This document shows, piece by piece, positions 17,554 to 25,631 of a stretch of 37,954 bases of DNA; within the stretch, counting starts at the first letter, position 1, and every line of letters starts with the position of its first letter. The translations under genes were made by a program, and so were the position numbers. Where the stretch lies: the IMG/VR virus record IMGVR_UViG_3300027798_002114, positions 1 to 37,954 of that record; one strand, written 5' to 3'. Under the pieces are notes generated by a model. That model ran no database searches. It was not told the origin of the DNA and saw only the letters and a list, made by a program, of their open reading frames with translations. This DNA is from a virus (taxonomy: Duplodnaviria; Caudoviricetes).

Positions 17554-18900
17554 TTACTCTTTGAACTTCTTCACTTGTTGTTCCTGATCCTTGATCATGT
17601 AACTGCTCTTTTTTTTTGATTCTTCTGAGGCAGCTTCATCAAACTGCTCTATAATTTCCCAAGGCAAATTATCTATTTCGCCTGCATTGTACTTGCGTTG
17701 TTGTTCGTAGATATTAACATCTGGATTATCTTTTTTCCAGTTTTGTAACTCGTCAGTCCACGCAACATTTACCATTTCATCGTCCACCTTGGCTATCATC
17801 TCAGGTGCAGATTCTTCTGGTTTATGAACCATAGGAGTAGTACCTGTAAAGTGATTAAACGGTGTTAACAAATATGGGTGGCTTTCAAGTATTGACTTTT
17901 CTTCTGCTACAGGCTTTGGCTCTTCAAGTTCCGCTTCAAGATTGTCAGCAGGATGTTCGCCTGGGTCTACAAACTTCATAGGTTCTTTAGCAGTATTGTC
18001 AAACATCCAACCTGGTGGGTGCGGATTATCTAGTGTAGTTTCTATAATCTGCTCAACTTGGTCTTTCGTTAATGGGCCGTCATCAGGTTCGTATGCAGGT
18101 GTAACTGACTCTTCTTCTTTGGCTTGACGGAACCATTGGAATGAGTATTGGCTTGCTAACAATAGGATAACAGCCAGTGGGTCAAACACAATAACAATAA
18201 TAATGATTACCCAGGTGACAGCTTTTTCTAATACATTAGCATCGGGATTATCACCGTAGATAAAATTAGCAATATATTTGATTGGCCCTACTTCTGCCTC
18301 CACTTTGCGTACTTCTGCGGCAACGGGCGCACGTTGTTCATTGAGTACAGTGATCCTTTTTTGAGCTTCTGCAATGTCTGCAAGGAGGCGACCACGTTCT
18401 TTCTGTTGGGCTCTGCGTATGGCAACTGCCTTGTCCGCCCCTTTTTCATCTGAACTGCGACCCATAACTTGGTCCACAGCCTCATCCATTTGTTTGAGAG
18501 CTTTGCGATTAGCATCTATGTTTTCTTTTTCTGTTTTAATCTTTTCGTCATATACTGCAATCTTAGCCTGTACATCACCTGATACTAGACCGGCATCACT
18601 ATGTGCTTTGCTTAGGAATCCAAAGATACCCATTGAGGTGATTATCATTAGAATAGCAATAGCGGCTAACAGATAACCTTTGATAAAAAACGGAGCACGG
18701 TGCCAATTTAACTTTAACCATACTGTGGCAATTAGTTTACTAATTTCTAACACTACACCCATTACGATAATCGGTATTACTGCGGCTGCAAAGATACTAA
18801 CTAGTCCTGCTACACTATACCAAATGGCCACAGCAGAAATAGTTAGGCCACTTAAGAGTGCAAACCATGCAATAGATTTATCAGCTAATGTTATCTTCAT
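17554..18900 (-). CDS. Multi-TM coiled-coil membrane protein with an acidic tail; possible -1 frameshift isoform ending at 17486
   Basis: N-terminal TMs, TSMGIFGFLSKAH, EVGPIKYIA, VFDPLAV. Confidence 0.8.
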   Translation of the reverse strand: MKITLADKSIAWFALLSGLTISAVAIWYSVAGLVSIFAAAVIPIIVMGVVLEISKLIATVWLKLNWHRAPFFIKGYLLAAIAILMIITSMGIFGFLSKAHSDAGLVSGDVQAKIAVYDEKIKTEKENIDANRKALKQMDEAVDQVMGRSSDEKGADKAVAIRRAQQKERGRLLADIAEAQKRITVLNEQRAPVAAEVRKVEAEVGPIKYIANFIYGDNPDANVLEKAVTWVIIIIVIVFDPLAVILLLASQYSFQWFRQAKEEESVTPAYEPDDGPLTKDQVEQIIETTLDNPHPPGWMFDNTAKEPMKFVDPGEHPADNLEAELEEPKPVAEEKSILESHPYLLTPFNHFTGTTPMVHKPEESAPEMIAKVDDEMVNVAWTDELQNWKKDNPDVNIYEQQRKYNAGEIDNLPWEIIEQFDEAASEESKKKSSYMIKDQEQQVKKFKE

Positions 18901-18947
18901 AGAGTATATTTATTACATTTTTTACAGGTATTATTATACCCACATAA

Positions 18948-19268
18948 TTACTTGAAGATTATCAGTGCCATTAACATAGCTTGTACAAAGAAGCCAAAGC
19001 CAATTGTGATGATGTTCAATAAGTCTTTAGCAATTACGCTTCTAACAAAGAATGTAAACAAGCCCAACCACATTAAGGCAACCATATCAACTGGTGGCAA
19101 CTTTTCAGTGAGCCCAGTGAGTACTGCAACCAGTGTAGGTATAGTGGCCAAGTGTACTAGGATAACAGCAATCCATCCTAGAGTTTCTGCACTAAGATGT
19201 CCGATGTTCTCAGTAATACTATCTCTCATCTTTTTAAGATTAACTAACTCTCGTAAACTAACTTGCAT
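18948..19268 (-). CDS. Small three-TM membrane protein
   Basis: Three hydrophobic segments; follows the cell-wall hydrolase. Confidence 0.7.
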   Translation of the reverse strand: MQVSLRELVNLKKMRDSITENIGHLSAETLGWIAVILVHLATIPTLVAVLTGLTEKLPPVDMVALMWLGLFTFFVRSVIAKDLLNIITIGFGFFVQAMLMALIIFK

Positions 19269-19277
19269 AACTTTCCT

Positions 19278-19808
19278 TTATTTGTAAAACACATGACCTG
19301 CAATAACAGCTACTTTTTCTCGATTCCATTTTGGATTGATATGAGTAGCGTGGAAGTATAACGCCTTTTGGAGACTAGGTAAACGGAAACCTTCTAAGAG
19401 AACCTGACGTGCAACCATTTCACTTTCTTTGAATACGGCTGTGTTTTTTGGCCTCATTATAGTAGCTGTTTCGCAGTACCAACTAAACTGACATAGTACA
19501 CGTTCGTAGACCACATTCTTTTGATAAACTACTTGACAAATATCCTTGGGGAACTGTCCGCTTTCTGCACGATTAATAGTAACCTGTGCTACAGCAACCT
19601 TACCTTCAAATGGTTGATTGCCTGCTTCGTAATAGATGTTACGAGCCAAGCATTCTAATTGCTTGTTTCTAACTTCGGCAGTTATTGATGAGTTATTCAT
19701 AACCAACTGCTTGTTTGGGTCAAGTTTATACATGACCGCTTTGTATCCAATCCATCCAACAAGTGCTAGACCAATCAATACAAGTAAGATTTTAATGAGT
19801 TTAATCAT
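19278..19808 (-). CDS. SleB/CwlJ-family cell wall hydrolase with an N-terminal TM
   Basis: CLARNIYYEA...GKVAVAQVTINR...CQFSW...ALYFHA...GHVFY. Confidence 0.92.
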   Translation of the reverse strand: MIKLIKILLVLIGLALVGWIGYKAVMYKLDPNKQLVMNNSSITAEVRNKQLECLARNIYYEAGNQPFEGKVAVAQVTINRAESGQFPKDICQVVYQKNVVYERVLCQFSWYCETATIMRPKNTAVFKESEMVARQVLLEGFRLPSLQKALYFHATHINPKWNREKVAVIAGHVFYK

Positions 19809-19838
19809 TTACTTCTCCTTTTTATGATAGTTACTTAC

Positions 19839-20228
19839 TTATCTACGCATTTTAGAAATATCTATGGCCTGTTCATCACTGAATACCGGCACTGCATTGC
19901 TCTTATGCATAGTGGCAATACCCTTAACCTTAGTGCCTGTATAGACCTTAGGTTGTGCTAGGGTAGCTACACCGCTGTCTTGACCCAGACTCTTAATATG
20001 AGCAGTGCTACGACCAGCGGGAACTGATAGGGAGTAAGACAAAGGCTCTGCTTCCATTGCACGTCGACGTTTGCGCTCATCAGCTTCAACGCCCCATCGC
20101 TTCTGTAACTCTTGCCACTCTTTGTCCAATTGTTCACTCTTACGTTTGGCGTCTGCAGATGCAAACTTTTGTTTGCCTTTTCGTTTACCTGTGGTACTAA
20201 GCCACGGGCCTTCAAGATGCATACTCAT
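19839..20228 (-). CDS. Conserved T4-like phage hypothetical protein
   Basis: YTGT...GIATMHKSNAVPVFS motif. Confidence 0.75.
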   Translation of the reverse strand: MSMHLEGPWLSTTGKRKGKQKFASADAKRKSEQLDKEWQELQKRWGVEADERKRRRAMEAEPLSYSLSVPAGRSTAHIKSLGQDSGVATLAQPKVYTGTKVKGIATMHKSNAVPVFSDEQAIDISKMRR

Positions 20229-20257
20229 ATTAGCTTTCTAGTAGTTAACATAGACTT

Positions 20258-20286
20258 ATTATACAGTCTAATTACTTGATAGTCAA
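20258..20286 (-). promoter_or_regulatory. Sigma70-type promoter TTGACT-N17-TATAAT
   Basis: Near-consensus hexamers with 17-nt spacing. Confidence 0.7.
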
Positions 20287-20616
20287 CTAAAATGAGCCCG
20301 CTACCATTTCTAGTAGTTCTTCATGTTCATACGATTCATATTCCTCGTTGAACTCATATATGGCATCATCGATACCTTCCCAACCTTTTACACCCAGCAT
20401 TTCAAATAATTCTTTTTTGGTTATAGGTTCGTTACGCATATGGCTAACCCAAACTGATGTCATAATGATACAGGCAAATACAGTTCTGTCACTATACACT
20501 TCGTTGGCTTCACACCATTGAATAGTACGTTCCATGTAGTATCGAATATCTTCAATTCTATGCTCTAATTGAGCAATCCAATCTCGAGTTGCTTTTCTAT
20601 CCCACACTTTTTTCAT
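20287..20616 (-). CDS. Hypothetical protein
   Basis: ATGA overlap with iscA. Confidence 0.7.
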   Translation of the reverse strand: MKKVWDRKATRDWIAQLEHRIEDIRYYMERTIQWCEANEVYSDRTVFACIIMTSVWVSHMRNEPITKKELFEMLGVKGWEGIDDAIYEFNEEYESYEHEELLEMVAGSF

Positions 20617-20939
20617 ACCCTAAAACTTTCACCACATCCGCATTTATCTCGTTCATTAGGATTGCGGAATTCAAATCCTTCATTGAGGCCGTTACGGATC
20701 CAATCAACTGTTAGGCCTTTTAAATAGACTTCTGATTTAGCATCAACTAATAAGGCAAAATCTGGATGAGCGTAGTTGGTTACACCTACTTCAGCTTCGT
20801 AGCTATCCACAAATTCTAACACATAGGCTAACCCACTGCATCCTGTAGTTTTTACACCTAGCCTGATACCTATACCGCGGCCTCGTTTGGTTAACTGTTG
20901 TTTGATCTTTTTAGCCGCTGTGTCTGTTACGGTAATCAT
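20613..20939 (-). CDS. iscA: Fe-S assembly A-type carrier IscA
   Basis: TGCSGLAY, CGCGESF. Confidence 0.93.
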   Translation of the reverse strand: MITVTDTAAKKIKQQLTKRGRGIGIRLGVKTTGCSGLAYVLEFVDSYEAEVGVTNYAHPDFALLVDAKSEVYLKGLTVDWIRNGLNEGFEFRNPNERDKCGCGESFRV

Positions 20940-21297
20940 TTACGGCTGCTTTGATGGCATCTTCAGCCAATATTGAACAATGTATTTTAACTGGCGGTAA
21001 GGCTAGTTCTTCGGCGATTTCGGAGTTTTTAATTTCTCCGGCTTTGTCGATGTGCATTCCTTTGACCCACTCCGTAATGAGGCTCGAGCTCGCGATAGCC
21101 GATCCGCAGCCATACGTTTTAAATTTTGCATCTGTAATAATACCTGTATCATGATCAACCTTTATCTGTAATTTCATCACATCGCCGCAAGCAGGTGCGC
21201 CAACCATACCAGTACCAATATCAGGATCACTCTTATCAAAAGATCCGACATTCCTGGGATTTTCATAGTGGTCAACTACCTTATCACTGTAAGCCAT
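20911..21297 (-). CDS. iscU: Fe-S scaffold IscU
   Basis: MAYSDKVVDHYENPRNVG, GAPACGD, GCGSAIASSS, LPPVKIHCS. Confidence 0.95.
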   Translation of the reverse strand: MAYSDKVVDHYENPRNVGSFDKSDPDIGTGMVGAPACGDVMKLQIKVDHDTGIITDAKFKTYGCGSAIASSSLITEWVKGMHIDKAGEIKNSEIAEELALPPVKIHCSILAEDAIKAAVNDYRNRHSG

Positions 21298-21589
21298 AAC
21301 AAGTTCTCTCTCTGTAAGTATTGCCTTCTGAGGTGTGTACTTCTTTCCATGCTGTACAATTCTGTTGTAATGGTTGTACAACAATAGGCTGTTGTTCTAT
21401 GACAACAGTTTCACGACGATTATTATTAGCAATGGCCGCGCCAACTACTCCGCCAATAACTACAGGCGCTAGCCAATAGCCGAAGCTAGGACCATGCGGA
21501 CGATGACCATGATGTCTCCAACCATGATTATGTTGAGCAAATGCTGTAGCACTGACAGTTAGTAAAAGAACAGTTAAAAGTTTTTTCAT
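21284..21589 (-). CDS. Small secreted His/Gly-rich protein
   Basis: Signal peptide MKKLLTVLLLTVSATAFA; glycine-zipper-like GGVVGAAI. Confidence 0.7.
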   Translation of the reverse strand: MKKLLTVLLLTVSATAFAQHNHGWRHHGHRPHGPSFGYWLAPVVIGGVVGAAIANNNRRETVVIEQQPIVVQPLQQNCTAWKEVHTSEGNTYRERTCYGLQ

Positions 21590-21638
21590 ATTATACCCCT
21601 TGTAAGTATATAACGTATTTACCAGGGGTTTCGTTGAC

Positions 21639-21839
21639 TTATTTCTTGTCCGCTGGCTTACGTTCGTTCTTAACTGCGGTAACATCGTTACGAGTTTCTT
21701 TGCACAACTTAGCCAAATCTTGGCAAGCCTTACGAACACGAGTACCTGCGGCACCTACCTCTTTGTCGTAGAACTTTTCAAAGTCTGCTTCCATTGCCTC
21801 AACGATTTTTGTGAATTCTGAATATTTGTTTGTTGCCAT
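21639..21839 (-). CDS. Histone H1-like (Hc1-type) small protein
   Basis: DFEKFYDK...AAGTRVRK...LAKL.KE.R motif; AGGAGA RBS. Confidence 0.7.
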   Translation of the reverse strand: MATNKYSEFTKIVEAMEADFEKFYDKEVGAAGTRVRKACQDLAKLCKETRNDVTAVKNERKPADKK

Positions 21840-21861
21840 GTTATGGTCTCCTTTTGTTATA

Positions 21862-22374
21862 TTAGTTATTGTTTGTTGTTGTAGACGTCTGCAGAAGTGA
21901 TTCTAACCAAACTTTACAGTCTGGCCAATTTCTATAGATATGTGCATGTCCACCGGCCCTAATCCATTCTTCGCAGTTACTTGTACGGTCATCAATCAGT
22001 ATGTCACCAGGCTGGCAACGTACCCATTTGTCATGACTGTATGGTCCAAGAAAAACTGGAATACCTGGAAAATGTTTGTATGCCCAAAATACTTTATCTT
22101 GAATTGCCCAAGGCATGTCGTTATTATGTGGAATTGCACTTAAAAAGTAAAGTTCAGTATCTGGGTTACGGCCAACATAACGTTCACACCAGTCAACTAA
22201 TTTCCGGGCACCTTCTTTTAAAGGAAGTTTGCTGTACATACGCTGATCATCTCTGAGACTTCGCCACTTGTCGTCTGGAACCATCTCGCCTTCTTTCCAT
22301 TCCATACGTAAGTATGCACGAGCATATCCCATCCAATCGGCGACAACGTCGTCCATGTCTAGATAAATTTTCAT
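21862..22374 (-). CDS. HAD-family 5'(3')-deoxyribonucleotidase
   Basis: IYLDMDDVVAD, ILIDDR...W..AGG. Confidence 0.85.
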   Translation of the reverse strand: MKIYLDMDDVVADWMGYARAYLRMEWKEGEMVPDDKWRSLRDDQRMYSKLPLKEGARKLVDWCERYVGRNPDTELYFLSAIPHNNDMPWAIQDKVFWAYKHFPGIPVFLGPYSHDKWVRCQPGDILIDDRTSNCEEWIRAGGHAHIYRNWPDCKVWLESLLQTSTTTNNN

Positions 22375-22377
22375 TAA

Positions 22378-22671
22378 TTATGAATTGGCAAATACGTTTG
22401 GTGAGCCAGCGGCCACACTGGTACAACTAGTAATAGCATCTCCCACTCTACCACAGCCTAAGTTGTTTATAAAAACAGTAGGAGAACCAGTGGTAATTGG
22501 CGCGGCATGTGACGGGCAAGAGCTTCCACCTGGAAGCAAATGTCCAGTGTTCACATCAGTTTGGCGACTAACAGCAATACTGTTAGCAAATACATTGCCT
22601 GAACCGACGGCTCTGGTCATTCCACTACAATGTGCTACGTCTGCATCACCTATTCTTGTTACTGCGGGCAT
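22378..22671 (-). CDS. PAAR-repeat spike-tip protein (T4 gp5.4-like)
   Basis: MPAVTRIGD, GSPTVFIN, RVGD, GSPNVFA. Confidence 0.9.
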   Translation of the reverse strand: MPAVTRIGDADVAHCSGMTRAVGSGNVFANSIAVSRQTDVNTGHLLPGGSSCPSHAAPITTGSPTVFINNLGCGRVGDAITSCTSVAAGSPNVFANS

Positions 22672-22858
22672 ATTCTTTCCTCATTAATTCTTGTAATCGA
22701 TCATTCCATTTTGCCAATTCATCATGCTCTTCATCTGTGTGCGGCCCATCTGGGATGTGTGGAAGGAACTCAATCACATGATCAAAGTCGTCTGGTATGT
22801 CTTCATATTGTGTGTAAGTTTCTAAAACACCATTACGTTTTATTACAAACTTATGCAT
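22646..22858 (-). CDS. Conserved phage hypothetical protein
   Basis: DIPDDFDHVIEF.P..P.GPHT.EEH; adjacent to the PAAR gene. Confidence 0.7.
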   Translation of the reverse strand: MHKFVIKRNGVLETYTQYEDIPDDFDHVIEFLPHIPDGPHTDEEHDELAKWNDRLQELMRKEYARSNKNR

Positions 22859-22862
22859 GATG

Positions 22863-23153
22863 TTAGATTAAGGCAATGCCAGTAGTTGATTCAAGAAACT
22901 GTTTAGCAAACGCTTCATCAGTTGCTTCTGCTACTGTAACTGTGGACTTTTGCAAACGAACATCTGCATCTGGACTAACAGTAAACAAGTAGGGCATTAG
23001 ACCAGGGCCTTTAGGACCCATACCAATTACTTGTATTCTTGATAACTTATAATAGGTATCAGTTTCTTCTACCAATTTAGCAATAAGTTCTTCACCGCTG
23101 GTTAGCTTTAATGTGATAACTTCGCCTATGCCCACGCCTTTATTAATTAACAT
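22863..23153 (-). CDS. Hypothetical protein (possible Sm-like fold)
   Basis: TLKLTSGEELIA motif. Confidence 0.6.
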   Translation of the reverse strand: MLINKGVGIGEVITLKLTSGEELIAKLVEETDTYYKLSRIQVIGMGPKGPGLMPYLFTVSPDADVRLQKSTVTVAEATDEAFAKQFLESTTGIALI

Positions 23154-23167
23154 TTTTAATTTCCTTA

Positions 23168-23422
23168 TTAGTATCCGGTACCATTGAATCCGGTTTCGTC
23201 AATGTATTTTCTTAATTCTGTAAATCCACCAATGGATGTTCCATTGATGATAATTTGAGGGACTGTTCGAGCATTTGGTACTGCTTCTAACAATTCTTCT
23301 TTGGTATATCCATCTCCGATTTTACGTTCTTCAAATTTAACACCTTGTTGTGTTAATAATGCCTTTGCTTGATCGCAATAAGGGCAATGGTACTTTGACC
23401 ATAAGATAACTGGGTTTGTCAT
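23168..23422 (-). CDS. Glutaredoxin
   Basis: CPYC, TVPQI, IGGF. Confidence 0.95.
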   Translation of the reverse strand: MTNPVILWSKYHCPYCDQAKALLTQQGVKFEERKIGDGYTKEELLEAVPNARTVPQIIINGTSIGGFTELRKYIDETGFNGTGY

Positions 23423-23440
23423 AATTTCTCCGATGTCTTA

Positions 23441-24541
23441 TTATAGCACAGGCAAGGCATCATAGTCAATACCTTCACCCATAATTCCGATGACATAATT
23501 AGTGCTTTCATTCTCTTGCAATGCTGTTTGTTTCTTACTTGTGTCGCTGTGCTTGTTAAACCAAGGAATGGGAGTAGACTTTGGCGCAGGACTTTGATAT
23601 TTAATACCTATATCCTTTAATGCTCCTACTGCTGTATAATCAACAAACTCTTTAAGGATGTTAGCATTAAGACCAATTACTGGACCTTTATTAAACAAAT
23701 AGTCTGCCCATGCCTTTTCCTCACGAATTACATCCATGTAGAGGGCATATACTTCAGTTTCACACTCAACCTTAGCTTGAGCAAAGCGAGGATCTTCCTT
23801 AACAACTTGATTGATTAAGAAAGCCGTCCAACCTTTGTGTAGCAGTTCGTCTTGTAGAATTAAACTGATGATGTTACCGTTACCAATAAAGATCTTGTTC
23901 TCTACCATGGCCAAACTTGTAGCAAAGCTAACCATAAAGCGAAACGCTTCTAGTGCATAGCTGGCATGCAGTGCCATGTAGATTGCTTTGATGTGTTCCT
24001 TCTCGTTGACTGAACCATCCATTTCTTTCATACAGTTAATTCTGTGTAACTTTTCATAGTGCTCTCCAACACTTGATGCCATTTCCACAATTTCTTTAGT
24101 ATCATGGATTGTATTAAACACATCCTTTGGCACATTGTAGATGTTGCGGATTATATGGCTGTAACTCTTGCTGTGAATATTAGTTTCAAAGAATGTCCAG
24201 TTGTATACCAACGCTTCTAGCTCTGGCAATGATATCACAGGCATAAAGATTTGGCTTGGGCCACGACCTTGTAAACTATCTAGTGCTGTCTGACGTAACA
24301 AGTTGCTGGTAAAGATGTGTTTAACAGCATCACTAGCATCTTTAAAGTCATTGCTGTCTTTAGTCAAACTAATCTCTTCAGGTTGCCAAAAGAAGCCACG
24401 TGCTGTTGCTTCAAAGTCTGCTATTTTTTTATATTTAACTTCTTCAAAGCGTTGGATAGTAACCGGACCTGCTGGATCTAGAAACATTTTGCGATTAAGA
24501 TAGTCTGTCTTTGTGTTTAAATTATATTGTGCTTTACTCAT
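23441..24541 (-). CDS. nrdB: Ribonucleotide reductase class Ia beta subunit
   Basis: FFWQPEE, LDSLQGR, ETNIHSKSY, DELLH; start taken as MSKAQ at 24541. Confidence 0.95.
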   Translation of the reverse strand: MSKAQYNLNTKTDYLNRKMFLDPAGPVTIQRFEEVKYKKIADFEATARGFFWQPEEISLTKDSNDFKDASDAVKHIFTSNLLRQTALDSLQGRGPSQIFMPVISLPELEALVYNWTFFETNIHSKSYSHIIRNIYNVPKDVFNTIHDTKEIVEMASSVGEHYEKLHRINCMKEMDGSVNEKEHIKAIYMALHASYALEAFRFMVSFATSLAMVENKIFIGNGNIISLILQDELLHKGWTAFLINQVVKEDPRFAQAKVECETEVYALYMDVIREEKAWADYLFNKGPVIGLNANILKEFVDYTAVGALKDIGIKYQSPAPKSTPIPWFNKHSDTSKKQTALQENESTNYVIGIMGEGIDYDALPVL

Positions 24542-25191
24542 TAATATTTTCCTGATGCAAGTACTATCTTGCAAATGTGTTCTAATCTTTCTATGTGTTC
24601 AAAAGCCCGCCATGGTGTTGTATCAATGGCAACTACTCCGTGGCCTTTAATGCCTACAATGTCGTAAGCAATGTTACCTTGTTTATCTAACTTTAAATTC
24701 TTATGACACTCATCAGCAAGCTCTTGGCTGATAGGAGGTACATCTCCTACATTGGGTGCTACTTTGGTATAACGATTAAGTTCTGGAAACGCATCGCTAA
24801 TAGTACTCAACTCAATCCCGGCATGCATAGCCGCAATACAGTAAGTAGGATGAACGTGTACTACCACGCGAACCTCACCTGTATGTTGTCCCATTTCTCG
24901 TTGTAAGCCAAAGTGTAGTGGTAGCTCTCCACTGGGCTTTAGATTGGCACTGATTTCAGTGTAAGGTAGTTCTTTGCTGACATGATACAGACGAGGAGGT
25001 TGATCAAAATAACCTTTCTCAATGCCTATCTTCTTAAACTGATCAGGCTGTAGGGTTTGTTTACGCACACCGCTAGGTGTAATGTAAAAGTGATCACGGT
25101 CGTGATGACGTATACTTACGTTGCCATCACGACTGGTAATCCAATTACGCTTGTAAGCGTCTACCATTATGTCACATATTGTTTCTAACAT
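24541..25191 (-). CDS. Class II aldolase/adducin-family protein
   Basis: GNVS, ITPSG, PSGELPLH, VHVHP, GHGV. Confidence 0.9.
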   Translation of the reverse strand: MLETICDIMVDAYKRNWITSRDGNVSIRHHDRDHFYITPSGVRKQTLQPDQFKKIGIEKGYFDQPPRLYHVSKELPYTEISANLKPSGELPLHFGLQREMGQHTGEVRVVVHVHPTYCIAAMHAGIELSTISDAFPELNRYTKVAPNVGDVPPISQELADECHKNLKLDKQGNIAYDIVGIKGHGVVAIDTTPWRAFEHIERLEHICKIVLASGKY

Positions 25192-25204
25192 TATTGTATT
25201 TCAA

Positions 25205-25618
25205 TTACTCAGTAATTGGTGTAATTTCTACCCAGCTAGTAGTTTCCTCATTCCATGTATAATACTTACCGTCAGTTGGGTAAGCTACTGGAGGTACCCA
25301 TGCACAGACTGTTTCATCAAATGTCCAACTAGCAGGATGTTCAATTGCTTTAAAGGTTGCAATCTTTGCTGCCTTTTCTTCGGCGGTAAGTTCAACTTCA
25401 AAATGTACATCACGTACTATGTCATCATCGCCTAATGTATAGGTTGTTTCAATTCGAACATACGGCCCACTAGGACTAGGCGTAGGGATTCTTTCAAATT
25501 TCTTTAAATCACCGGGCAATGCATCCGGATTAAAATTTACAATTGTATAATACAAGTTGCTTTCTAAAATAGGATGATTTACTATTTCGTTATTAACGTA
25601 TTTTATGTATAAGTTCAT
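25205..25618 (-). CDS. Phage hypothetical protein with a Trp/Pro-rich C-terminal motif
   Basis: PASWTFDE..C.W.PPV.YP.DG..Y.WNE...SW; GGAG RBS before 25618. Confidence 0.65.
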   Translation of the reverse strand: MNLYIKYVNNEIVNHPILESNLYYTIVNFNPDALPGDLKKFERIPTPSPSGPYVRIETTYTLGDDDIVRDVHFEVELTAEEKAAKIATFKAIEHPASWTFDETVCAWVPPVAYPTDGKYYTWNEETTSWVEITPITE

Positions 25619-25631
25619 TTTTATCTCCAAT

